Made by a program: the position numbers and the translations under genes. Below, one piece after another: positions 23,201 through 32,779 of a stretch of DNA of 49,229 nucleotides; position 1 is the stretch's first letter, and every line of letters starts with the position of its first letter. The DNA is taken from NCBI GenBank assembly GCA_002633005.1, contig NMRA01000004.1, forward strand, positions 1 to 49,229. Reading direction: 5' to 3'. The notes beneath the pieces were generated by a model. The model saw nothing but the letters and a program-made list of their open reading frames with translations, was not told the origin of the DNA and made no database searches. Source of the DNA: Phoronis australis. Its lineage: Eukaryota > Animalia > Phoronida.

Positions 23201-24788
23201 AGTTGCTGTAACAATATTGGATTTTGCTGTTTCAAATTTGACTCGCAGTGGAGTGAGTTCCTACATTAGTCATGTCATGACATTTTGTGTATTAACCACA
23301 GTTCAGTGTTCTGAATTCAAGACTTTATGCATAAACACTCGCAGTATGGATATGGACTCTAACGTGTTCATGAATTTTGTTTTTCCTTGAGTTTGAATTT
23401 CTTGTTGAGAACACTGCATCAGTGTCATCTTGCTCATGTTGACCACTGACTTCTAGTGACCACTCACTTGTATTGAACACTCACTTGTATTGACTACTCA
23501 TTTCTACTGACCTTTCGCTTGTACAGACCAGTTGCTTGTACTGACTGCTCACTTGTACTGACCACTCGCCTGTACTGACCACTTGATTGTACTGACCACT
23601 AACTTTTACTGACCATAACTGGTTACCGATTGACATTGAGACTGCAGTATGCCATCTTGCAGTATAGTATTCTTTGTTTATTTACCTTTGTGTTGCATGA
23701 GTCTACAATAACGTGATCTGTTGTAGGGACTACACTGACTTTCTGGAGGACTTGGAAGAAGACCCTGACTTTAGGCAAAATGTTAACATTTACAAAGGTA
23801 AGATCATGTCATGGTGATTGTCATCATCCTGATAAGAGAATAGTGACAGTCACTTTCACTCTGAACTTCTTTTTTGGTTCTAGCTTCCTGTCAGTGAGAT
23901 AATAGTTTTTGTAGTAGAACCAATGAGTTTAGTTTTTGAGTACATATTCCATGTACCTTGAACTAGTTTTTGAATAAATGGGAGTTTTTCCGCAAGCAAT
24001 GGGGACTGATCACGGGGGACCTGTTACTCTTATTGCCACCTGGCTGTACCAGGAGGAACTTCTTTATTGCAGGTTGAATAGGGAAACATGTTTGACTTGA
24101 TGAAAAGTAGTGTATGTGGTTATACGTGATGTGTTCTAAACAAGTTGTATTGCCTGAAGAAGGCATTAGTATTCCATCCCACATGATCAGTTGACACATA
24201 TCTTCTTGTATCTCCCATTGGCTCCAAATTGTGATAGGACCTATTATTTTATCTTGTTGGCCTGTAGACATTATGATAAGCATAAGGAATGGTTTCGCAA
24301 TGTTCAGTCTGACTTACATTGATGATCTCCTTGGCTGTCTGATTCTATGTGCACAGTAAATACTTTCAACAGAGGACATGGCGGGGTTTGGTGGAAATTG
24401 TACTTTTATTGCATATGCCAAGTCTGTCTACTAAAAATTACTATCAAGAATGTTGAACTTCATTGGTTACAATTTTGTGGTATACAGCCGTCACAGATTC
24501 AACAAACTTTGAGCATATGCTGCAGCAGTATAGCAAGCCTTTGAAGAAATGGAAAAACAACATTTTAAACAGTAGTTTATGTTTTAAAGCATGAATCTTT
24601 ACTTTTTTGTGGAACATGCAGGTGATTACAATTACTTCCTTGTTTCAGACAACGCTAAGGTTACTGTAGAAACAGATGATAGTACAGATGAAGAGGATTT
24701 ACCCCAAATAAGCCTGCAGGAAATGTTAGAAGATTTGCATATATCCCACGATGCAACAGGGGAAGAGGGGTCAGCCATGATGGAGTGA
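11258..24788 (+). CDS. NMD3: 60S ribosomal export protein NMD3 (14 coding exons, ~509 aa)
   Basis: Exons 11258-11301, 14236-14370, 14666-14759, 15322-15402, 15950-16078, 16796-16886, 17621-17699, 17984-18080 (duplicate 19552-19648), 18627-18744 (duplicate 20165-20282), 20864-21015, 22215-22330, 22708-22890, 23727-23797, 24649-24788. All GT-AG, 1530 nt in frame. Peptides LCCQCG..PNPANMCVAC, ALESRELL, VRLVDAGFVWTEPHSKRIKVKLTIQKE, DFLEDLEED and the C-terminal ISLQEMLEDLHIS (NES) match NMD3. Confidence 0.97.
11395..12434 (-). mobile_element. Second, inverted copy of the 9078-10571 element in NMD3 intron 1, truncated by an assembly N
   Basis: Starts TAGGGAGGACAA and is the reverse complement of ~9513-10571 over ~1 kb, with scattered substitutions and indels. 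Ends at the N at 12435. Confidence 0.85.
12638..13136. mobile_element. hAT-like MITE (499 bp) with apparent 6-bp TSD
   Basis: Perfect TIRs CAGGGCTTGGAAT / ATTCCAAGCCCTG, flanked by ATATTT on both sides (12632-37, 13137-42). Internal TTTCCGCG subterminal repeats. Confidence 0.8.
15811..15898 (+). ncRNA. Candidate box C/D snoRNA (target unknown), NMD3 intron 4
   Basis: Box C ATGATGA 15814-20, box D CTGA 15892-95, short TAT/ATA terminal stem, internal hairpin TGAACAG/CTGTTCA, ends ~55 nt before the 3' splice site. No clear C'/D' boxes or recognised guide. Confidence 0.35.
17348..17423 (+). ncRNA. SNORD53: Box C/D snoRNA, SNORD53/SNORD92 family (copy A, intron 6)
   Basis: Box C GTGATGT 17351-57, GGAATGGTTTCGC, D' CTGA, guide TTCCTTGGCTG, box D CTGA 17418-21, GC/GC terminal pairing. 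Guides are complementary to the conserved 28S sequence GCGAAACCACAGCCAAGGGAA. Confidence 0.8.
17436..17529. repeat. Tandem duplication, 47 bp x 2
   Basis: ACACAGTGTGTA(G/A)TGTTACAAGTTCATCATACATCACCTTACTGTAT repeated twice, just downstream of snoRNA copy A. Confidence 0.9.
19020..19098 (+). ncRNA. SNORD53: Box C/D snoRNA, SNORD53/SNORD92 family (copy B, intron 9)
   Basis: TGTT stem, box C ATGATGA 19024-30, GGAATGGTTTCGC, D' CTGA, guide TTCCTTGGCTGT, box D CTGA 19092-95, AACA stem. Confidence 0.9.
20558..20636 (+). ncRNA. SNORD53: Box C/D snoRNA, SNORD53/SNORD92 family (copy B', identical to B, inside the duplicated segment)
   Basis: Identical to 19020-19098; box C 20562-68, box D 20630-33. 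Probably the allelic copy of B. Confidence 0.85.
21215..21422 (+). other. GC-enriched, multi-stem structured intronic element of unknown class
   Basis: Closing stem TGGACT/AGTCCA, stems TGTCGG/CTGACA, TCTGGCTTTTA/TAAAAGTCAGA, CACCGA/TCGGTG. YY1-type AAGATGGCGG at 21228-37. Confidence 0.35.
21634..21934. repeat. 27-bp minisatellite, ~11 copies
   Basis: Unit GTTATGC(A/T)CACAGTAC(C/T)CT(C/G)TGTACAT. It explains the repetitive ORFs at 21580-22015 and runs directly into the box C of snoRNA copy D. Confidence 0.95.
21932..22004 (+). ncRNA. SNORD53: Box C/D snoRNA, SNORD53/SNORD92 family (copy D, intron 10)
   Basis: Box C ATGATGA 21932-38, GGAATGGTTTCGC, D' CTGA 21971-74, C' TGATGA 21982-87, guide TCCTTGGCTGT, box D CTGA 22001-04. 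Flanking CTGTACA/TGTATAG can pair. Confidence 0.92.
23438..23620. repeat. Degenerate ~19-20-bp tandem repeat
   Basis: Repeated TGACCACTCACTTGTAC-like units in NMD3 intron 12. Confidence 0.75.
24270..24342 (+). ncRNA. SNORD53: Box C/D snoRNA, SNORD53/SNORD92 family (copy E, intron 13; variant box C)
   Basis: Differs from copy D at 2 of 73 positions, one of them in box C (ATTATGA). D' 24309-12, box D 24339-42, guides intact. Confidence 0.82.
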
Positions 24789-24850
24789 TTTGGAAGCCTT
24801 TCCTCAATGATGTACAATTGTTTTGGCAGTCTAAGGTTTTCCTGTCTGAT

Positions 24851-25048
24851 TGTATGTGGTGGCTTGAATATGCCTCTACAACTTGACCTAGTTTGTACGT
24901 GGTGACTTTACAATGAATATGCCTCTACAACTTGACCTAGTTTGTACGTGGTGGCTTTACAATGAATATGCCTCTACAACTTGACCTAGTTTGTATGTGG
25001 TGGCTTTACAATGAATATGCCTGTATAACTTGACCTAGTTTGTATGTG
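24851..25048. repeat. 49-bp tandem repeat (~4 copies) in the presumed NMD3 3' UTR
   Basis: Unit GAATATGCCTCTACAACTTGACCTAGTTTGTA(C/T)GTGGTG(A/G)CTTTACAAT starting at 24866, 24915, 24964 and 25013. Confidence 0.92.
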
Positions 25049-26094
25049 TAATGGCATTGGCTGTTATCATGTGTAATAATCTAAAAATTAGATTATATTG
25101 CAGAAATGTAACTCGAAGTTAAATTTATGTGTTTGCTGATGGCATGAATATATACATTGATACACATAATGTTTTATTCCCCGGGAACAGCCTTCAAATG
25201 GGTTTTTGCTATTGTGGGTGTATCCAGTATCCAGATAGAACTTGCAATGCTTTAGCAACACAAAAAACATGAATTAAATTCACAAAACTCAAATGATACA
25301 TGACACAGCTTTTTCACACCATACTGAGTCACTGGTAGAAAACAGCAAACAAAGAATCGCTGACAGCAGTAGTTCGTGGGAGGATAGGAGCGGTTGTTGA
25401 AAAACAAGATTGGGCTCTTTACTGAAGATTCACTTCAACATCAATTCCTAAAGGGTTTTTCAGATTTCGTAAAAATAGTGTTCTTTGCTTTTGAAAGTCA
25501 AATGATATTTATTACTTCGACCTGCGTGGAGTTGTACTGAAGCAAGTTTTTTCAAGGTTAGCTAATAATTGGCTCGGAATTGAAAAATCGGAGATTCCAG
25601 CATTATCATGTTGATAAAAATCGAGTGCAACGAAAATAAAGATTAAAAAGAATGTCGAGCACTGGTACCGTGTGGCACGGGATGTCCGGGTGTTGTGTAG
25701 CATAACTCATCTTGGGGAATTGAAACTTCCTCAATGTATTGACTATCGAGTTCTGCTATACTTTTGTACAAGTTCAGCTATTATAATAAATTTTAAAAAA
25801 TTACCATGCTGTAACCTGAAAGAACCTGAGTTGTTATTTTCTCCCGCCGCAATTCTGAAAATTTCTTGGGGTTTTGGTCATTGGATAGTCCGTCTTACTC
25901 CCACTGCTGGGTTCCTGTCTGACATAGTATGCATGCTTAATGAGCGACTCTATATTGTTACCTCCAAAGAACAGCGAAGTCCAGATGCGCCTATGACAAT
26001 TAACCGGTATGTGTAATTGGCGAAGGTCGGGAGGAGATGAAAGTGGTGGGGATAAGAGGGGTGTTGGAAATTTGGGCCGACCAAGCGACGCCCC

Positions 26095-26598
26095 GTGACA
26101 CATGGGTCATTTTTCATTATTAAAATGACCCCGGATAGTTTTTTCAACATATGAAGTGGTCTAAATTTAATGTAAAAAGTTTCAACCCATGAAAAAAATG
26201 ACCCCACGTTCGCGAAAATTTGTCCTCATTCTCCCAGCAACAGGGGGTTGGAATAAGAAAACATGATACCCGCAATAGCAATAGGGGATCTTTCAACGTG
26301 GCGATACGCGGATGTTAGTGTCTGTGCATAGGGGCGACCTCCTCGGGGGGTGGGCAACTTGGCGTGGGTTGGTTATCGAAGAATAAAACCATCGAGGAGT
26401 GGTGATCTGGAGCAAGTGGCAATTAGCCGATTCTAAGCCGGAGACTGGCGGGGAAAGGTGGCAACTGCTCACCTGGGGGGCTGANGGGTGGGTGGGGGCA
26501 AGGAGGCGTAAACGGGGGAGCAAGGAACAGAGCCTTGGTCGACTTGATGAGGGGACCCATGGGTCAACTTTTCACCGGGTCACAATGCTATTCCGGCA
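26095..26598. repeat. Probable interspersed repeat/MITE remnant with GGGTCA...TGACCC palindromes; spans an N join
   Basis: GGGTCATTTT...AAAATGACCC hairpins at ~26104-26205, GGGTCA repeats at ~26560-26582, G-rich middle, N at 26485. Ends not resolved. Confidence 0.35.
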
Positions 26599-27637
26599 GT
26601 AGTGTATCGATACGGGCAAATCACAATCGAGGTCCATATTCGGTGGCCACTTTTGGTGAAAAATGGGTGTCATACAACTGTAAAAGTTGGGTTATTTTAA
26701 AGTACCATCATCCCAGGTTTGTAATCTAAAATATTTTTGCACAAGAACCACCGAATAAAATTTTGTGGCCTAATGCATCGCTGTTGTATAAAAGGGTACG
26801 TACACTGCAACTTGTGGTCACAGCCCACTTCTACCATGCAAAAATTTATAAGGTAGCTGTAAATTTCATAAACTCTTGATCGAATTGAAGAAGTATCACA
26901 TACTACAGTAAGAAAAGTTATTACCGTGCTGATCAAGTTGTTCTAGATGATGATACATTGCATATCTTACCACAGTATAATGATAACTTCTTCTCTTGCA
27001 ATATGATTCTTACAAAAAGAAAATGACAAGTAACTACTTTTTTCAAAAACTTTATTGGTGCTATTTGCCTAGTTTTCAACACATTCACCAGTTGATCAAA
27101 ATAGTTTAAGTAATGCTAGGCCCAGTGTTCAACTTGTAAACAGTAAAAAATGGTATTGGTTGGGGGTACGTACACTACGCAAAGTCAATCAACGTCAAAT
27201 TTTGACTAAGTTACAAATGTATGGGATGATCTCGAGCTATGGGCTGCCTCTACTAGTTGTTTTGTTGCAAATTTTCTTGAGAGATAGAGAACCTGCCTCT
27301 GCAACATCAGTTGTCACATGACGTGTCTTCTAGGATGTTACTAGCCAAGTCCTGTGTGGCATTTATTGCCCACAAGTTTAATAATGTCCATTGTTTTTTG
27401 CCAGACTGGATGCATTCTGGAAATATCAGTATTGTTCTTGAGAACAGCAGTATGTAAAAATACTTGTGGGTAATACTTTATGGCACAGAGGTTGAAGGTA
27501 CGTACTCTACACAGGGGTACGCACACCACATTTCAATGACTTGTCAGCTTTACAAAAAATACTCAGAATCTACTGAGAGTTCATTTACCAAATCTATTCG
27601 AAGAGGACAAAATTAATAAAAAGTACAGCATAAATTT

Positions 27638-30396
27638 CAGTGGCGGATCTACGGGGGGGTTCAGGGGGTTTAAACCCCCCTCGGGGGGGCACCACCAACG
27701 TGTGTAAAGCCCAAGTAAACCAACTTGCAAAAATTAAAGAAACATCTCCAGCAAAACAAAAACGGCACCACCATCGTGTGTAAAGCCCAAGTAAACCAAC
27801 TTGGAAAAAATGAGGGGGGGGTTCAATCTGAAAATATATTTCTTGCATTGGTCATTGCTGTTATGAAAATCAACGCGTTTCGAGTCTTCGTGGCTCATCG
27901 GCAAAAGCCCGGAGATCAATTGTGCGCGCTTCCGACGACACTTCTGAAGTAGCCAATCATTTTAGATGGATCCACCGCTGAAAGAGCAGCTCTATAGCTG
28001 ATTTTTTAGGTAACTAGCTTCTTTACTCTAAGGTATGTTTTTGGTTTGATTAGGGGAAATACTGTGGTGCCGCAACCCTGATATTCAGGCGAATTGACGT
28101 GCAACGTTTTTACCTAATCTGCCATGCCGTGTCATCCTATTACACCCCACACGTTTGTAACTCGAATTTGACTGGTGTATAATAAAGTTGTCTTGCGCAA
28201 TATCATACAGTGTACATGTACATGTAATACTTTTGAAAAAAAAAACTCGTTTTCCGAAGAATTGCTTGTGGCGGGCGCCGTGGTCTGGTCGCGAGTCTGT
28301 TTGAAGATGCACTCTAACAAGTTATGTCTATACAAGGAATGACCAAGGGGGCACTCACATTGACAAAATGAACCGCATTCGCGAACAGTGTACAGTACCA
28401 GAAATTGCGGGGAGGTTGCATTTTCACAACAAAGTTTTGCGGGACTCGTGCGATGTTCAATGGGCCCCCTAAGGAGCCCTAGTGCCGACCTCAACACCTA
28501 CCGTCTTTCTACCTGCAATAAGCACCACTGTCGTTTTCTATACTGGGAATTTCCGCAGAAAGGCCCACCCGACGAAACGTCCATGCCCATGGGCATTTAT
28601 TTGATGTTAGTACTTCGGGTTTCAAGCGTTCAGACATTGGGACGTTTATTTCTAAGATTGCAAGAGATGTAAATGGGTCCTGGGATACATCGTCAAGGTT
28701 TGAAGTAGTCCATGATGAGCGGATCAAATTTAGTTGCGCAAGCTGAAAGTTTTTTTGAATGGACTTGGTAACCTCAGGGGGCTTAGTGCCAACTGAGTTG
28801 CGAAACGAGATGCTGACGTTGTGGAGGCGTACAAGTTCATTGACACAGCAGTTGAGGAAGTGCAAGCTTTGGGAACAAACGTGGAAGATGTCTGGGTAGA
28901 ATGGTTCTAAGAGCAGCAAACCATTGGAGTGTACAGATTCCTCGACAGTCTAGACAACAGAAAGATAGGACCAACATTTCTGGAGAAACACCCAGGTAAT
29001 AAGTTATAATTATACACAGTTTGTAATAATGTCGGTTTTTATGCTTCTGTACAATGAAAACGAAATAGAAATTGTTTTTGGACATGCCAAATTTACCCAG
29101 TACAGCAGAGGGTCTACGAGCGCACAGAAACTGATACTGGTTTGTATTTCCACTTGAGTCTATCTGCTTCATATCTAAAATCTTATTTCACGTAGAGCGT
29201 AGTTAAATCTGTTCTCAATACTTGTTTCTTCCAGTTAATACTACAGAACGGTGCGAAAACCCTTCCTAGACAACCTCTCGCAGCAGTTGACCCCCAGATG
29301 TGTAAACTACACATATGAGCAACCACTGGGGATTAAAAAGACTCTAGAGAGAAGTTTTCAATTCAAGGTTTTTGCGAAGTGCGCTTTAGGTCTCGCGACG
29401 GACCAGGCCAGCTTGATTTGTGTAGATATCGAGTTTCAGTGTACTTCTGGTCCCTCGGTGAACTAGTCTTGTGATGTTTTTTACCAAAGTGTGCTTTGTA
29501 AATCTATTTATCTCAGCTAGTACTGTTTGGTCCCGCGACAGATCGACTATTTTTATAGGGATAATAAGCACAGGTGTACTTTTGGTATCGTGACGGACCA
29601 GGCCAGAGTTTTTGTGTACTCTCAGTGTACATCTGGTCCCTCTGCGAACTGCTCCTGTATATCTTTTCACCACGGAGTAGGCCTACAGAGTGCTTTGGTT
29701 TCGTGAAACTGTTTTCAGATGATTTGTTTCCTGATACATTTGACGTTTTTCAATTGTTGTCAACGTGATTCAGCTTAATAAAGTGATACTTAATTGTTTA
29801 TTGTCGCTTTTAATAATAGACTATGAGCTGAGAGCACCATCGTTCGCCAGTTTTTCTGGTAACGAGACAGAACACATGTTTATTTCCGGACTAACAGTAC
29901 AGGTCTTCGTTCTTAAACAGCTTGAGGCTGTTGCGATCATCTGATAATCAAGTTTTTACGCCCCGTCGGTGCTCCTTATGCTCTTGAATATTTGGTAGTT
30001 GTCTAAACCCCTGTATACACACCACACTTTATCGTATGCCGCTAAAAGGTGTGTGTAAGCAGATGTTCCAACAAAAATTTTTGCTGGTGGTGTGACTCAT
30101 ACCCAGATGTGCTCAAATATGGTTTCACGAAACTTATGAGCGAAGTTCATGTGACGAAATCGAGAAGGATTTTTAATTATCTTAAGAAAAAATCCAGGGA
30201 CATCTTAAGTGCCAGAAACGTACCAGGATGCATGGAAATTTCACTCTTTGGCTACAAAAACAAAAAAGCTGTCTTACACGGGAAGGGGGTTTACCCCTCC
30301 CGACCTCCGCCCCCCCCCGCTCGACGCCACGCGCCTCGGACTCGACCTTTGCGGGAATCCTAAACCCCCCTTACTGAAAACGTAGATCCGCCACTG
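27638..30396 (+). mobile_element. hAT-type DNA transposon (internally deleted), nested
   Basis: Perfect 16-bp TIRs CAGTGGCGGATCTACG / CGTAGATCCGCCACTG. Contains a transposase remnant. No TSD is visible. Confidence 0.75.
28660..29300 (+). pseudogene. Decayed hAT transposase fragment (THAP12/ZMYM1-like clade) with a spliceosomal intron
   Basis: Manual translation across stops and frameshifts: NLRGLSAN*..KRDADVVEAYKFIDTAVEEVQAL..VWVEWF, then IPRQSRQQKDRTNISGETP, GT-AG intron 28996-29234, then S*YYRTVRKPFLDNLSQQLTPR. This resembles the PR..RQ..R.N...EYYR...PFLD.L..L..RF motif of hAT transposases. Confidence 0.7.
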
Positions 30397-32261
30397 ATGT
30401 GTATATCTGTCTGTCATTCTTTGAAAACAGGCACATGTAAAAATATAGGCTGGCGTACGTACACTACACAAATGCTAATATTTCACTCAAAACAAATGCA
30501 TTTGTAGTTAACACCCTCTCCACTAACCTAGCATTTTTAATAGAGGAAACTGTCTGTGAGAAATGTTGCATACTTACCGTGTAAGATTTTTGTTTCATGG
30601 TATTTGTTCACATCGAGGTACGTACGCTACACAGAGGTACGTACACTACATTTCAATGTCAAGTCAGGTTTGTAACTAAATAAAGAATTAGTTGATTCAC
30701 TAAATCAATTCAAAGAGAAAAAATAAAAAGCACAACGTTCATGTGCAAAGTCTGCCATAGTTTGAACATAGGCACAAATTAAAATATGGGCATACACTAC
30801 ACAAATGCTAAATTATATTTCACTCAAAACAAATGTATTTGCAATAAAAACCCTTTTAACCTAACATTTTAAGGAAGGAAACTCTACGACCAATGTTGCT
30901 CACTTACCAAGTGATATTTTAATTTCATGGCATTTGTAAACATGGGGGTTTGTACACTATAAAAGGGGGTACGTGCACTATCACTGTTTCTGCATCACAT
31001 GGTAACATGGTGATAATAAGCATCATGTTGCTATTTAAAAGGCAATAATTTAATTTTCAATGACCCTTTGTGTTATTGAATTCCACATGGGGGTACGTAC
31101 ACTACATTTTGTTAGCTTTTTGGCCCATTTTCAACATAGCAGAACCCAGTCAATATTCAAACTTTTGTTTTGTTTAGATATTGAATAATTCGCTGTGTTG
31201 CCTAGGCTAACATATTTTGCAGTTCTTTTTATTACAGAGTGTGAACTTTAGTTTTTAACCTTCTTTACAGTAGGTGAGGGTTAGAACATATTAGAAACAC
31301 AGAATTTACAATTTTTTTAAAGAGTGCCTGTTTCATGGTGAACCCTACCATTTCTCAGTGATTAAGCACACCTTCAGTTCATCTAAGTGATTCTGAAAGT
31401 GACTCAAGTTATTCCAGGTCATATCAAAGCAATTGCTTACTTAATAAAATAAATTTCTTTTCTACTGTTGACAGTTGATAATTTTAATTTTTAAAATGGC
31501 CACTCGTAACGCTAAAAATGCATGAAATTCGTAGACAACTGAATACGTGCACAAAATTTCTCAAACAAAGTTGTCCGATTTTAATGATTCTTTTTTCAAT
31601 TTGCTCAACTAAATAACTCTTTGCATATGAGATTCAGTTGAAATTTTGTAACTTACCAAAAAAATTATTTTAGACCGTAACACACTCAACTCTCGAATAT
31701 GGACCTTGATTGACAATAGTTTTGAAACAAATTCCTAGTTCTTTAAGTCTACTAGAAGTGCTGCCATCTATTTTCACAGGACTATAATAGCTCTTATCGC
31801 GCATGCGTTAAAGTTCGCCAGCTGCCAGCAGTTGAGTGTTTTGTTTTTCAATGGTGTTGGTATAAATTTGCTACTAATGGAAGTTGTATTCAGTAAGTAG
31901 GCCGATTCTGTGTTACGATATGGCTTAAGATAACTTTTATTTCAGATGCAGTAGATTATATGCAAATCTCAACTCTGACAGGCTAAAGCGCTGCGCCAAA
32001 CCCTACCTAACTCGCGCTGTTCACAGCACAGAAGCACATCAGACGACAATGACCGTGCCTGGCAATGCGGTCAGTCAGCTCAATGTCTTTATAAATGAAA
32101 ACAACATGTTGTGTGCTTGTGGTAACGTCTTCGAAACTTGGAACTTTTCTGACTTGGCTTCCCCCAGCTGAGGTCCAGGGTCCACAGTAGACACTGTGAC
32201 CACTGTCTCTAATGTTGTAGGCCTAGATGTGGTTCCTATCGTATGAGTCGGTCACAGTTAC

Positions 32262-32378
32262 CCACTCACTAACGGGCCTATTGCCTATTGCCTATTAGCT
32301 GAATGGTTACCACGTCCGCCGTTTTATCATGGTCGCGATGGTTTGATTCCCGCTTCGGCATGAATCTCGGCTATTTCT
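32262..32378 (+). repeat. tRNA-derived (SINE-like) head, degenerate
   Basis: A-box-like TAGCTGAATGG and B-box-like GGTTTGATTCC. Same flanks (CCACTCACTAACGG...AATCTCGGCTATTTC) as the copy at ~32675-32779. Confidence 0.5.
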
Positions 32379-32674
32379 ACAAATAGCGTAGTCGGCAAAC
32401 GGATGATTTACTTCATGAAGCCGACACTTTCCACCTTAACTTAAGTACCCGTGGACCTCGGGCGGTGTGCACGGTTATGGTGATGATAAAAGTTCCAGGA
32501 GTCGATGACCTGTATGAGGGTCAACCTTGTGTTCACGTGTGTTATGGTGGTAAAGGTACCTAGGGATGCGAGTCAACCTGGTCGTCACCTACCTGGTGGC
32601 ACGCCTGTTATGTTGGAAACTGAGGGGGGAATGTTGTAGACGTACTTCCGGTGAATCATATGAGCCTTTGTTAG

Positions 32675-32779
32675 CCACTCACTAACGGACAATTGCCCAT
32701 TAGCTAAATGGTTAATACGATCGCTAGTTTTATCGGGGTCGCTGGTTCAATTCCTGTGTTGGGTAATCTCGGCTATTTC
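32675..32779 (+). repeat. tRNA-derived (SINE-like) head, degenerate second copy
   Basis: TAGCTAAATGG...GGTTCAATTCC with flanks shared with the 32262 copy. A third weaker head lies at ~33028-33095. Confidence 0.5.

Larger units (their letters stand above)
26628..31708. mobile_element. Non-autonomous TIR element (possibly Mutator-like) carrying a nested hAT insertion
   Basis: TIRs CGAGGTCCATATTCG / CGAATATGGACCTTG. Imperfect 9-bp flanking repeat AATCACAAT / ATTGACAAT. About 11 same-orientation copies of a GGGGTACGTACACTAC-like motif lie on both sides of the nested insert. Confidence 0.6.

Noticed and set aside
28085-29172. Minus-strand ORFs of 75-136 aa
   Set aside because: Antisense to the decayed plus-strand hAT transposase remnant.
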